Source: Candidatus Saccharimonadota bacterium (lineage in GTDB: Bacteria > Patescibacteriota > Saccharimonadia > Saccharimonadales > UBA4665). Taken from it: a stretch of DNA of 64,000 bases. Made by a program: the position numbers and the translations under genes. The notes beneath the pieces were generated by a model. That model saw only the letters and a program-made list of their open reading frames with translations. It was not told the origin of the DNA and made no database searches. The first letter of the stretch is position 1. Each line of letters opens with the position of its first letter. The DNA lies in contig JAGXIT010000003.1 of NCBI GenBank assembly GCA_024635495.1, positions 9,386 through 73,385 of the forward strand. Reading direction: 5' to 3'. Shown here piece by piece: positions 1 through 9,792 of this stretch.

Positions 1-174
1 GTTATTTGCGAGTGAATTATGTAAGGCTTGTGAGTCAGTGTTTACTGCAACAAATTCGACGCCTTCAACACCAGCTTCAATCATACGATTGATAGCAGCG
101 CCTCCGGCACCACCAACACCCACCACCTTAATTCGTGCAAATGTTTCAATCGCTGGATCAACTGCTTGTGCCAT
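1..174 (-). CDS. ftsZ: Cell division GTPase FtsZ, first 58 codons (gene runs off the left edge)
   Basis: Reverse complement of 1-174 reads [58 protein letters not shown]. This is the IKVxGVGGxGxNAxNRM N-terminal FtsZ signature. ATG at 172-174. Lies directly downstream of ftsA. Absent from the ORF track because it is truncated. Confidence 0.85.
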   Translation of the reverse strand, partial: MAQAVDPAIETFARIKVVGVGGAGGAAINRMIEAGVEGVEFVAVNTDSQALHNSLANN

Positions 175-322
175 CTGGTTTCCCCTCATCTTATGTTCTA
201 TAGGCAAGTATACCGAAGGCTGAGCAAGAGTTCAACTACATGCACACAAAAACAATTCTTCTGTGAATCGAACGAACACAATTAGCGCTCACTTCAAACC
301 ACTATGAATACTATATGTAGGC

Positions 323-1597
323 CTAGGGTTTGAACTTACGGAAAAATTGGGTCACTGCAGAGAAATTACCACCAAGGATTTGACTCGAATTTGATGCTTC
401 GCTGAAAGGCGCAAGCAATGCATCGAGTTGCATCAAGCCAACTGCAGTAGCATAGCCTGGATCATCAACGGTATCAGCAAGGCCCTCAAAGCCTCGTATC
501 TTTCCAATGCGAACAGGGAGTTGGAGTTGTTCTCGGGCGAATTCGGCAAGCCCAGGCAGGGCTGCTGAGTCTCCGACGATAGTAATGCCACCAGGTAGCT
601 TGCGTGAACGATGTATACGAGCTAGCTCTTTATCCACGTACTCGAGAAGCTCCTCGGTCCGAGCTTCAACTATCATGTTCGTTTCAGCTTGCTCGAATGT
701 GTGCCCTGTACCATTCACAATGATTCGATACGTCTTATCTGAGTTATCACCCAGCTTGGCATGTTTTAATTTAACCTGCTCGGCAACCTCAATGTCAGTC
801 TTAAGGCCAATTGCAAGGTCATTTGTGATATTAATTCCACCCATTGGTATAACTGCAATGTGCTGGATTTCACCGTCTTCTATTACTACGATGTTCGTCG
901 TACCGGCACCGATATCAACCACCGCACTTCCCGCCTCTTTTTGTTTACGGTCTAATACTGCTTCGGCGGCGGCCAAAGCTGAGACCGTGTGATGACGCGG
1001 CACAACTTGTGCCTTTTCAAGGGCGAGATCTAAGTTTCTGACATTTGGCGTTGCTGCGGTTACGATGTGGCAATCGACTTCAAGCCGTACACCGTGCATA
1101 CCGACAGGATCTTTTAGGTTGTCTTGTCCATCTAAGCGATAATTTTTCGCGAACACCTGTAAGATTTCACGGTTGCTCGGTAATTTTACGATTGCGGCAG
1201 ACTCCTCGACCCTATCTCTATCTTCGGTAGTTATTTCGCGATTCGAACTACTAATGGCAATTGTGCCTCTAGAGTTCATTCCAGCAACATGAACACCGTT
1301 CACATTAACCGTGGCATGTTCTATACGGGTCCCAGAGACACGCTCAGCCTCGGTAACTGCCTGTACGATAGCTTCAACCGTATCATCTACATGCATTACG
1401 ACACCCTTGCGTAGCCCCTGATTGTTACTGATGCCGTGACCAATAATAGAGATGGAATTCGGATCATTTGGATTGTCATGAACACCAACGATACAACGCA
1501 CGTGTGATGTACCTATATCTAATCCGACGAAGTATGTATTTGTTGTGCCGTCGCGCATATCCCGCTCAGTATAGCGCTTATTGTTTAGGTGTTGCAA
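323..1597 (-). CDS. ftsA: Cell division protein FtsA (actin-like ATPase)
   Basis: 424 aa. Actin-fold phosphate motifs FVGLDIGTSHVRCIVG and VVDIGAGTTNIVV. Sits next to ftsZ. The track start is TTG; an alternative ATG is at 1558. Confidence 0.9.
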   Translation of the reverse strand: MQHLNNKRYTERDMRDGTTNTYFVGLDIGTSHVRCIVGVHDNPNDPNSISIIGHGISNNQGLRKGVVMHVDDTVEAIVQAVTEAERVSGTRIEHATVNVNGVHVAGMNSRGTIAISSSNREITTEDRDRVEESAAIVKLPSNREILQVFAKNYRLDGQDNLKDPVGMHGVRLEVDCHIVTAATPNVRNLDLALEKAQVVPRHHTVSALAAAEAVLDRKQKEAGSAVVDIGAGTTNIVVIEDGEIQHIAVIPMGGINITNDLAIGLKTDIEVAEQVKLKHAKLGDNSDKTYRIIVNGTGHTFEQAETNMIVEARTEELLEYVDKELARIHRSRKLPGGITIVGDSAALPGLAEFAREQLQLPVRIGKIRGFEGLADTVDDPGYATAVGLMQLDALLAPFSEASNSSQILGGNFSAVTQFFRKFKP

Positions 1598-1602
1598 GCG
1601 GG

Positions 1603-2349
1603 CTAGACTTGTGTCAATATTTCTGCGCCGTCTTTTGTGACTAACACAGTGTGTTCATATTGAGCTGACCGGCTACCGTCTACCGTTAACAGCGTCCATC
1701 CGTCATGGGCTGAAAAAATCTTGTGACTTCCGAGAGTTGTAATAGGTTCAATTGCAATTGTCATACCTTCCCGCAACACCGGACCAGTTCCTGTGTGTCC
1801 GTAATTAGGTATTTCGGGAGCTTCATGTAGCTCGTGGCCAACACCATGGCCTACGAGCTCACGTACGATACCAAGATCGTATGAGCGAAGCACCTTTTCG
1901 ACTGCTGCGGATATATCACCAATACGAGCACCATCGCGCACCTGATCGATACCCGCATAAAGTGCTTCTTCGGTGCCCTTCAATAATCGCTGTGCGGCTT
2001 TATCTGGAGCGCCACCCACACAGACGGTAATCCCAGCGTCTGTCACCATATTTTCGTAGATGACCCCAAAATCAAAATTCACTATATCGCCGTTTTTAAA
2101 AGCGACATCGTTCGGGATACTATGTTGGACCTCATTATTGTTTGAGATACATATAATGTCCGGGAATCCCTCAAAACCCTTGAAGGCTGCCTTGCCGCCA
2201 AGTCTCTCAAGTTCCGAAGCTGCAATGGCCGAAGCTTGCTTCGGCGTCATACCGGCTTTTACTTCTCGTCGGATCTTCTCAAGCACAGAAGCCAAAATAT
2301 AGCCGCTCTTTCGCATTGCCTTGAGCTCAGTAGTGGTTTTTGGCTGCAC
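1603..2349 (-). CDS. map: Methionine aminopeptidase, type I
   Basis: 248 aa. Motifs FDFGVIYENMVTD, HGVGHELHEAP, IAIEP and EHTVLVT match the MetAP metal-ligand context. GTG start. Confidence 0.92.
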   Translation of the reverse strand: MQPKTTTELKAMRKSGYILASVLEKIRREVKAGMTPKQASAIAASELERLGGKAAFKGFEGFPDIICISNNNEVQHSIPNDVAFKNGDIVNFDFGVIYENMVTDAGITVCVGGAPDKAAQRLLKGTEEALYAGIDQVRDGARIGDISAAVEKVLRSYDLGIVRELVGHGVGHELHEAPEIPNYGHTGTGPVLREGMTIAIEPITTLGSHKIFSAHDGWTLLTVDGSRSAQYEHTVLVTKDGAEILTQV

Positions 2350-2351
2350 CG

Positions 2352-2885
2352 TTAAACTCCCAGAGCTTCTATAATTTTATTGTGGATTGTCAGTGGAGTG
2401 CCTATCGCATCAATCTCATGGACGACGATACCTGCGTCCTTCATTTGCTCGAGAATAGGGTGAGTCTGTTCTTCGTACAACTTGTATCGAAGGTCTATGG
2501 CTGCGTCGGTATCGTCGATACGACCACGCTTGCTGAGTCGGGTTCGTATTTCCTCTTCGCTAATATTTAAATGGACCACGACTGGTTTTTCAAAACGACC
2601 GGCTGCAATCTCACCGAGCATCCATACTATTTGATTTGCAGTACGAGGAAATCCGTCGAGAATAAACTGGCCACTCGTATCAACGATGTCGAGCACCTTG
2701 TCGACAACATGGATTGTTTCGGTATCGCTGAGTAATTTGCCCTCAAGCATTTCTTCGCGGCGGTGACCAGTGATAAGCAATCGGAATATCTCGCCAGTCG
2801 ATATATAAGCCCAGCCGTATTCATCAGCTAGTTTGTGTCCCTGCATACTCTTACCGGCGCCGGCTGGTCCCATCAGAAGTATCAT
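2352..2885 (-). CDS. adk: Adenylate kinase (short form, no zinc lid)
   Basis: 177 aa. P-loop GPAGAGKSMQG and the LDGFPRT hallmark. ATGA overlap with the upstream gene. Confidence 0.85.
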   Translation of the reverse strand: MILLMGPAGAGKSMQGHKLADEYGWAYISTGEIFRLLITGHRREEMLEGKLLSDTETIHVVDKVLDIVDTSGQFILDGFPRTANQIVWMLGEIAAGRFEKPVVVHLNISEEEIRTRLSKRGRIDDTDAAIDLRYKLYEEQTHPILEQMKDAGIVVHEIDAIGTPLTIHNKIIEALGV

Positions 2886-3340
2886 TGTAGTTTCTCCTTT
2901 ACGAGTCGTGCGATAACACTACCATCCGCAGCATTACCGAGCTTCGCTTTAACTTGACCGATTACCTGCCCCATTTGCTGTAGACCTGATGGTTGAACAG
3001 CTGCTATAACCTCATCAATCGTCGACGCAATGTCAGCTTCGCTCAGCTGTTCCGGTAGATACGCCTCTATAATCACTTTTTCGGCGAGCTCTTTATCGGC
3101 GCGCTCTTGGGCGTGACCTTTAATGTATAAATCAGCACTCTCCTGGCGTTTTTTTACTTCTTTAGCAAACAGCACTTCAATTTCAACGTCTGTAAGCCCC
3201 TCGTCTCGCTTACCTGCCGCGACTTCGGCATACAGAATAACACTCTGCAGGCCTCGAAGAGTTTCTGTACGTAACGCATCATGCGCCAACATAGCGACCT
3301 TTACGTCGGCTTGTAGTTGGCGTTTGATATCCTGGGACAT
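2882..3340 (-). CDS. GatB/YqeY-domain protein
   Basis: 152 aa. Helical protein with the YqeY-like pattern (LQADVKVAMLAHD...LRGLQSVI...YIKGHAQERADKELAE...YLPEQLSEADI). Confidence 0.7.
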   Translation of the reverse strand: MSQDIKRQLQADVKVAMLAHDALRTETLRGLQSVILYAEVAAGKRDEGLTDVEIEVLFAKEVKKRQESADLYIKGHAQERADKELAEKVIIEAYLPEQLSEADIASTIDEVIAAVQPSGLQQMGQVIGQVKAKLGNAADGSVIARLVKEKLQ

Positions 3341-3349
3341 TGTAGTCTC

Positions 3350-3565
3350 TTAGCGCTGGCCGAGTTTGATGCGCTTAATCTTCAAAGCTTTTCGCTGATT
3401 ACGCACAATGGCCTTCTGGCGTCGCTCTCGCTTGCTGATCGGCTTCTCAAAATACTGTCCTTGCTTCACAGCTAGAACTAGGCCAGACTGCTGCACTCGT
3501 CGATTAAAACGACGCAACATGTTCTCAGCAGACTCTTTACCGTCTTTTCGTGTAACCTCTATCAT
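3350..3565 (-). CDS. rpsU: 30S ribosomal protein S21
   Basis: 71 aa, basic. MIEVTRKDGKESAENMLRRFNRRVQQSGL... is a typical S21 sequence. Confidence 0.9.
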   Translation of the reverse strand: MIEVTRKDGKESAENMLRRFNRRVQQSGLVLAVKQGQYFEKPISKRERRQKAIVRNQRKALKIKRIKLGQR

Positions 3566-3633
3566 ACTCCCGAGAGTATAGCAGTTACTCCCCGTTGCGA
3601 CAACCCTTTTTTAGGAGTTAGTCCGCCCCAAGT

Positions 3634-3921
3634 TTAGCTGACTTGACGCTTTTGTTGTGTCCGTTGGCTTTTCAGGACGATGCTTTGAAGTTCTTTGAAG
3701 ATAATGAATTGCTTATTTGTGTGGTAAATCTTGGTGTTGCCTTGCTTTTCTGAGATAAGGAAGCCGGCTTTTTCGAGGCGCTTCAGCTCACGCTGGATAT
3801 TCCCTGCATCTTCTTTGATGAGCTTAGCTAGCCCACGAACGTGCGTCTTGAAGTCTGGGTATTTTGCATAAATCACAATAATTTTGCGGCGGACTCGAGA
3901 AGTAATGAAGACATCTAGCAT
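3634..3921 (-). CDS. Small winged-helix (ArsR/MarR-like) transcriptional regulator
   Basis: 95 aa. The pattern RRKIIVIYAKYP...VRGLAKLIKEDAGNIQRELKRLEKAGFLISEKQGN is wHTH-like. Paralogous to the N-terminus of the 206-aa protein at 39742-40362. Confidence 0.55.
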   Translation of the reverse strand: MLDVFITSRVRRKIIVIYAKYPDFKTHVRGLAKLIKEDAGNIQRELKRLEKAGFLISEKQGNTKIYHTNKQFIIFKELQSIVLKSQRTQQKRQVS

Positions 3922-3964
3922 ATATAACCCTTATATTGATTTATCCATTCACATAAGCTCTATA

Positions 3965-3979
3965 TTGTCGTAACGACAA
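3965..3979. promoter_or_regulatory. Perfect 7-1-7 palindrome TTGTCGTAACGACAA in the divergent regulator/priA intergenic region (candidate operator)
   Basis: Read directly from the sequence. Lies about 45 bp upstream of the wHTH regulator start (3921) and about 120 bp upstream of priA. Confidence 0.35.
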
Positions 3980-4101
3980 CGTGCTACATCTAATATAACA
4001 ACTAGTTGCGGGGTTTTCAACACCAATTTTACGTAAGTGCCATTTGCGCGGTTCATATACGTTATCCCTAGGATGTACTATCCTATATACTCATAGGTGC
4101 A

Positions 4102-6042
4102 ATGCTGTACTACGAGGTCTTAGTCGGGAGCACACAATATCACGGTGCTGAAGCACTTACCTATTCGTGGGAAGAAGAAATTAAGCACGGTACTATAGTG
4201 CAAGTCGCACTGCGCCAGAAAAAAACGCTCGGTATTATCTACAGTGTTGTTGAAAAACCAGCTTTCGAAACTAAGTCTATCAGCTCGGTTGCACCCTATG
4301 ACGCGGTACCTCAGCAAGTATTACAACTAATCAAATGGCTCCGCCAATATTACCCAGCTCACTTTGGGGCAATTGTACGCCAATTCTTACCACCGAGTAT
4401 CCCCTATCCTAAAACCACCGTTCTAAAACACAGCGATAAGAGCAAGCCCGACACGAAAAGCCTCCCAGCTCTTACGAAGGATCAGCGAAAAGCATATGAG
4501 CAAATAGAGTCCTCAGGCTACCATCTTTTGCATGGGATTACTGGCAGTGGCAAAACTCGTATCTATATAGAAAAAGCCCTCCACACTGTCGTGGCCGGGA
4601 GATCTGCGATTATTCTTACACCAGAAATTGGGCTAACAACTCAATTATATGACGTGTTTTCTAGTGTTTTTCAGCAAAATGTATTCGTACTTCATTCACG
4701 ACAAACCTCAGCCCAGCGCCGAGACATTTGGTATCAGATTCTTTCAGCTAAAGTACCTGTGGTAATTATTGGCCCCCGTTCTGCTCTGTTCGCACCAGCA
4801 CGCAATGTGGGACTTATCGTTATAGACGAGTCTCACGACCAGGCTTACAAAAACGAAACCGCCCCACACTACCGAACAGAGCGTGTCGCAGCTATGCTCG
4901 GTAGTCTCCACGACGCATGCGTCATCAGCGCCTCGGCCACGCCGAACATTGATGATTACTATTTTACAAAGGCAAAAGAGCGTCCAGTTATCAATTTGGA
5001 TTCTCTGGCAAAAGAGCGTCCAGCGACTGAAAAAACGACGAAAGTCATCATTGACATGCGTGACGCATCAAACCATACAAAGAGTAAAATCCTGAGTAAC
5101 GCACTGATCGAGGAGATGCAAAGCAAACTTGAGACCAGCAATCAGTCATTGTTGTTTTTGAATCGGCGAGGAACGGCTGCAGCAATTCTATGCAATAGCT
5201 GCGGTTGGCGGGCGCTATGTTCGCACTGTGACCTACCCCTGACCTATCACGGTGATGCCCATTCACTACGCTGTCATACCTGTGGTCGCAGCTCAGAATT
5301 ACCAAAGAGCTGCCCTGAATGTGGAAACACCGATATAGTACTACGTTCCATCGGTACCAAAGCTATTGCCGATGAAGTGCGTCGCTTGTTCCCTCAGGCT
5401 TCAGTACAAAGATTCGATAGTGACTCGGCCAAAGACGAACAGCTTGAGACACAACTAGCATCATTACAAAACGGTGAGGTTGATATCATTATCGGTACTC
5501 AGATGATTACCAAAGGCCTCGACCTACCAAACCTATCTCTGGTCGGTATACTGAATGCCGATAGCAGTCTACTCATACCGGACTTCACCTCTACTGAGCG
5601 CACCTATCAGCTTATATCTCAAACAATTGGCCGAGTTGGCCGTGGTCACAGCGAAGGCACCGTCATAGTGCAGACTTATAGCCCCGAGCAAACTGTCCTA
5701 CATGCCGCACTTGAGAGTAAATGGGATGAATATTACAAGCAAGAGCTAGGCGAACGAAAATTATTTCATTTTCCGCCATTTGTTTACCTACTGAAACTAA
5801 CTTGTTCCCGTGCGAGCTCAGACAAAGCCGAGGAAACTGCTCTGGCGCAGAAACTCGCTATAGCATCAACACACAGCGCTATCGCGATAGAAGGCCCGTC
5901 TCCAAGCTTCCACCCTCGAGAAAATCAGAAGTATAAATGGCAGCTTATCGTAAAATCTCGGAATCGCACGGCATTGCTAGAAATTATTGCTGAACTACCA
6001 TCAGGTTGGTCGTATGACATTGACCCGATTAACCTGTTATAG
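4102..6042 (+). CDS. priA: Primosomal protein N' (replication restart helicase PriA)
   Basis: 646 aa. Walker A GITGSGKT, DExH box VIDESHD, and a Cys-rich zinc insertion CNSCGW..CSHCD..CHTCG..CPECG. Confidence 0.9.
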   Translation: MLYYEVLVGSTQYHGAEALTYSWEEEIKHGTIVQVALRQKKTLGIIYSVVEKPAFETKSISSVAPYDAVPQQVLQLIKWLRQYYPAHFGAIVRQFLPPSIPYPKTTVLKHSDKSKPDTKSLPALTKDQRKAYEQIESSGYHLLHGITGSGKTRIYIEKALHTVVAGRSAIILTPEIGLTTQLYDVFSSVFQQNVFVLHSRQTSAQRRDIWYQILSAKVPVVIIGPRSALFAPARNVGLIVIDESHDQAYKNETAPHYRTERVAAMLGSLHDACVISASATPNIDDYYFTKAKERPVINLDSLAKERPATEKTTKVIIDMRDASNHTKSKILSNALIEEMQSKLETSNQSLLFLNRRGTAAAILCNSCGWRALCSHCDLPLTYHGDAHSLRCHTCGRSSELPKSCPECGNTDIVLRSIGTKAIADEVRRLFPQASVQRFDSDSAKDEQLETQLASLQNGEVDIIIGTQMITKGLDLPNLSLVGILNADSSLLIPDFTSTERTYQLISQTIGRVGRGHSEGTVIVQTYSPEQTVLHAALESKWDEYYKQELGERKLFHFPPFVYLLKLTCSRASSDKAEETALAQKLAIASTHSAIAIEGPSPSFHPRENQKYKWQLIVKSRNRTALLEIIAELPSGWSYDIDPINLL

Positions 6043-6081
6043 CTAGATAATTCAGGTCTACCATCTGATATACTACCTTGC

Positions 6082-6660
6082 ATGAACAAACAGTTAATCA
6101 CCTTACCCAGTCCGGACCTCCGTGAACGTTCTAAAAAAATTGGCCTCATAAGCTCGGACGTAGCAGATCTCATATCTAACATGGAAACCGTGACACTCGA
6201 GTGGGAAGATAGTCGTGATCATGAGGTAGGTGTGGCACTAGCTGCAGTCCAGATTGGTGTATTGCAAAGAGCTGTAGTTATACGCAAAGACTTCAATGAC
6301 AAACAAAACAGAGAGTTCAAGGTGTTTATTAACCCCGAAATAACAAAATATGAGGGAGAAATAGTCTACGACTATGAGGGCTGTTTGAGTGTAAAAGATA
6401 TCTATGGCCACGTACCGCGTTATAGCAAAGTCCGAGTCAAAGCCATCGATGAGCACGGCAAAGAGGTCAGAACGACAGCTGAGGGATTCCTTGCACGAGT
6501 CTTTCAGCATGAGATAGACCATACCAACGGCATCGTATTTGTTGATCGTATCCATGATGATGAAGAAGCATTTTTTGTGCTCGATGATGATGGCAAGCTC
6601 TCAGCGCTTGATTACGAAACGGAGATTAAAAACAATGAACAACTCTGGCAAACAGAATAG
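6082..6660 (+). CDS. def: Peptide deformylase
   Basis: 192 aa. The three PDF motifs are present: GVALAAVQIG, EGCLS and HEIDH. Confidence 0.92.
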   Translation: MNKQLITLPSPDLRERSKKIGLISSDVADLISNMETVTLEWEDSRDHEVGVALAAVQIGVLQRAVVIRKDFNDKQNREFKVFINPEITKYEGEIVYDYEGCLSVKDIYGHVPRYSKVRVKAIDEHGKEVRTTAEGFLARVFQHEIDHTNGIVFVDRIHDDEEAFFVLDDDGKLSALDYETEIKNNEQLWQTE

Positions 6661-7579
6661 TACACGATTAGTATTCTTCGGCAACGAACAGCTTGCTACG
6701 GGCACTCATACTGACGCGCCGATTCTTCATACGCTTATAGATGCGGGGTATACTATCGTTGCGCTCATCTTGAGTGATAATGGAACTAGGTCAAGGAATA
6801 AACAAACCCCTGCTGTTGTTGAGCTCGCTCAAGTACACAATATCCCCATACTACGGCCGATTTCTCTTCGTGAAATCGAGGCAGAACTAGTTGAATCTCA
6901 CGCTGATGCCGCCATTCTCGCCGCATATGGCAAGCTCGTGCCCGCATCGGTGATTGATATTTTTCCAGGAGGAATCATAAATGTTCACCCCTCACTGCTA
7001 CCAAAACACCGTGGCTCAACACCCATCGAGAGCGTTCTGCTTGAAGGAGATATCGAGACGGGTGTTTCGATTATGCAGCTAGCCCAAAAGATGGATGCTG
7101 GCCCAATATATGGACAATCAAGTCTGTCTATTAATAGTCTCAGCAAGCAGGAGCTTGTTTCCGAGATATCGGATATCGGAGCTACAATGCTATGTGATCT
7201 TTTACCGGAGATACTATTGGGTACTGTCGTGGCAGCACCACAGGATGATAGTGCAGCAACCTATACTAGCCGTATTGAAAAAAATGTACGTAACATTGAC
7301 CTCACCAAGCCAGCAAACTTACTTGTTCGTGAGATTACCGCCTATGCTGGCTGGCCTGGTAGTCGACTCATCATCGCAGGTAAAGAGTGCGCGATATTAA
7401 CCGCACATGCGGTGACTAACAGCTCTAATACTGTTGAAAATAAAACAATATTTGTAGCCAATAAAAATCTATACGCCCAAACGTCGGATGGACTACTCTC
7501 GATTGATACCCTAAAACCAGCCGGAAAATCTGAGATGACTGCACAAGCGTTTTTGGCTGGTCACGCCCATTTATTATAA
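6635..7579 (+). CDS. fmt: Methionyl-tRNA formyltransferase
   Basis: The track ORF starts at 6539 inside def. ATG at 6635 (MNNSGKQNSTRLVFFGNE...) gives the usual short def-fmt overlap. Formyltransferase motifs IINVHPSLLPKHRG and AQKMDAGPIY. Confidence 0.88.
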   Translation: MNNSGKQNSTRLVFFGNEQLATGTHTDAPILHTLIDAGYTIVALILSDNGTRSRNKQTPAVVELAQVHNIPILRPISLREIEAELVESHADAAILAAYGKLVPASVIDIFPGGIINVHPSLLPKHRGSTPIESVLLEGDIETGVSIMQLAQKMDAGPIYGQSSLSINSLSKQELVSEISDIGATMLCDLLPEILLGTVVAAPQDDSAATYTSRIEKNVRNIDLTKPANLLVREITAYAGWPGSRLIIAGKECAILTAHAVTNSSNTVENKTIFVANKNLYAQTSDGLLSIDTLKPAGKSEMTAQAFLAGHAHLL

Positions 7580-7592
7580 GTAGGGGAAATAA

Positions 7593-7958
7593 CTATTGAG
7601 ATTGTTGTGCGTCGGGTAGATTTGGGTTTTGCCCAGTCTGCTTACTTGCAGCAAGAACTTGTGGCGCCGTCTGTCGTATCTCTATCTTTAGTGCCTCAAA
7701 TACATCGTTGACTACCTGTTTGTAGTTCGGAAGGTTGGCTTCGAGCCACTGTAGTGCCTGTGTCTGATCCGCATCTCCACCGCCATCAACAAACTGCTCG
7801 AATTCCTCGAGTTGTTTATCTGTCATTTGATTTGCAAGCTGAGTTCCAACACGAAGCTCTAGTGTTTCGTAAATGTGTTGAATCATTGCTTTCTTTTGCT
7901 CGTCCGGCAACTCACCGAGCCCAAGTTCTTGCAAAAGATTATTATCAAGCTTTAGCAT
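7593..7958 (-). CDS. Hypothetical acidic helical protein
   Basis: 121 aa. No motif recognised. Clean ORF between fmt and infB. Resembles small conserved CPR proteins of unknown function. Confidence 0.5.
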   Translation of the reverse strand: MLKLDNNLLQELGLGELPDEQKKAMIQHIYETLELRVGTQLANQMTDKQLEEFEQFVDGGGDADQTQALQWLEANLPNYKQVVNDVFEALKIEIRQTAPQVLAASKQTGQNPNLPDAQQSQ

Positions 7959-7977
7959 AGCTTATATTGTACACCCT

Positions 7978-9744
7978 CTAGAGACTTCGTTCCTTAGTTT
8001 CTACCGTGAACACTGTCAATTTATCGCCAATTTGAATATCAAGCTTAGACGTAGTCTCGATTTCCAAACCACCAAGTTCACCCTCTGTAAGATCTTTGGC
8101 GTCGTTTGGACCACGCTTGAGACCAGTTAGCTTTGCTCGAGCGATTTCTTCTTTGCCACGTTCGATTTTAACCTGTGCGGGTACGGTTAGTTTACCACCC
8201 AATACCTTTCCGCCACAGATCACCTGAGTACGAGTTGTATTGAATACACCCTTTATTTCAAGTGTGCCGAGCTCTTTTTCGGTCAGCTCGGGCGCAAGCA
8301 GTGCGCTCAGTTCATTGCGTACATCATCAATAAGTTCATAGATAACTGAGTATAGTCGAATCGAGACGCGGTCTCGTGCTGCACGCTGTTTCACGCTTGT
8401 GCCTACAGAGGTGTTAAAGCCATACAATATTGCCTTTTGTTCGGAGCTATTTGCCATGTGTACATCATTTTCATTGATAACACCCACGCTCGCGCTGACG
8501 ATACGAACCGCTACCTCATCAGTGCTAATGCTCTTGAGGCTATCGACAACTGATGTTAATGAACCCTGCACGTCAGCTTTGACAATGACAGGAAGTTCCT
8601 GGAGTTTATCTGACTGACTTATGAGACGAAGCAGCTCATTTCCACTCATATCACCTCGCCGGGACGCTTGAAGACGAAGAGCGCCCTCTTCGGACAGTGC
8701 ACGCGCTTCACGCTCATTCTTAACAATCACAAAGCTATCACCGAACTCTGGCAGTTTCTTAAAGCCTGTAATAACGACTGGCGTAGATGGTCCGGCTGTT
8801 TTAAGTGCTTTGCTGGTTGTCGACTCTAGGTTTCGAATCTTTGCATACGATGCGCCCGCCACGATAAAATCGCCTGGTTTGAGTGTGCCCTCTTCGACGA
8901 GAGCGTGTGCGATAGGACCACGACCATGTTCGAGGTGAGCCTCAACAATTAGCCCCGCTGCGGGTACCGTTGGATCGGCCTTAAGCTCTTCGACATCACT
9001 CACCAGAAGAAGCATGTCTAGCAACGCATCTATGCCCTTCTTGGTTATAGCAGAGACAGGGATAGCTACGATATCACCGCCCCATTCTTCTATAAGTAGG
9101 TTTTGCTCGGCGAGCTGTTGTTTAACGAGCGCCTCGTTGGCACCCTCTTTATCAATTTTATTGATAGCGACAACGATACGTACACCCGCTTTCCTCGCAT
9201 ACCGTATCGCCTCTATGGTCTGTGGCTTCACGCCATCGTCAGCCGCGACCACGATGATAACAATATCCGTAAGATGTGCGCCGTGCTGGCGAATCGCCGC
9301 AAAGGCTTCATGCCCCGGCGTATCGAGAAAAGTAATGAGTTTGTTGTTGTGCTCTACCTGATAAGCAGAGATGTGTTGGGTGATGCCGCCGGCTTCACCT
9401 TTGGCAACCTCTGCACCTCGGATAGCATCAAGCAAGCTTGTTTTGCCGTGATCGACGTGACCCATTACTGCTACAACTGGTGGTCGCTCAGTATTATGTG
9501 CGCTGTCTGCGCTTGCGGTACGTCGCGCCACCGGTTCAATATCATTGCCTTTTTTTATGAGCTCAACATCAAGTCCAAGTTCACCTACAATAATCTGGGC
9601 TGTATCGAAATCAAGCCGCTCATTAATGGTCGTGACCATGCCATTCTTGAATAATTCTCCGATGAGACGAGTTGCCGGTAGCTTGAGCACATCCGCAAGC
9701 TCACCGACAGTAATGCTATCCGCTATTTCGATCGATGCTGCCAT
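7978..9744 (-). CDS. infB: Translation initiation factor IF-2
   Basis: 588 aa. GTPase motifs GHVDHGKTSLLD, DTPGHEAF and NKID. Short N-terminal region. Confidence 0.95.
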   Translation of the reverse strand: MAASIEIADSITVGELADVLKLPATRLIGELFKNGMVTTINERLDFDTAQIIVGELGLDVELIKKGNDIEPVARRTASADSAHNTERPPVVAVMGHVDHGKTSLLDAIRGAEVAKGEAGGITQHISAYQVEHNNKLITFLDTPGHEAFAAIRQHGAHLTDIVIIVVAADDGVKPQTIEAIRYARKAGVRIVVAINKIDKEGANEALVKQQLAEQNLLIEEWGGDIVAIPVSAITKKGIDALLDMLLLVSDVEELKADPTVPAAGLIVEAHLEHGRGPIAHALVEEGTLKPGDFIVAGASYAKIRNLESTTSKALKTAGPSTPVVITGFKKLPEFGDSFVIVKNEREARALSEEGALRLQASRRGDMSGNELLRLISQSDKLQELPVIVKADVQGSLTSVVDSLKSISTDEVAVRIVSASVGVINENDVHMANSSEQKAILYGFNTSVGTSVKQRAARDRVSIRLYSVIYELIDDVRNELSALLAPELTEKELGTLEIKGVFNTTRTQVICGGKVLGGKLTVPAQVKIERGKEEIARAKLTGLKRGPNDAKDLTEGELGGLEIETTSKLDIQIGDKLTVFTVETKERSL

Positions 9745-9792
9745 TGTATGTGCTCCTTTCTACCGTTTAGTCCAAACTGGTTTGTCTGAAAT

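Noticed and set aside
38-223. 61-aa plus-strand ORF at the left edge
   Set aside because: It is antisense to the clearly recognisable ftsZ N-terminus (1-174, minus strand). It has low-complexity Pro/Ala/Thr content and no RBS.
507-1230. Plus-strand ORFs (161 aa and 61 aa) inside ftsA
   Set aside because: They are antisense shadows of a well-supported gene. The composition is Ser/Arg/Cys-rich, typical of the reverse frame.
6539-6634. Upstream extension of fmt (track start at 6539)
   Set aside because: The extension lies inside def in another frame and encodes MLIVSMMMKKHFLCSMMM, which has no counterpart in Fmt. ATG 6635 gives the canonical N-terminus.
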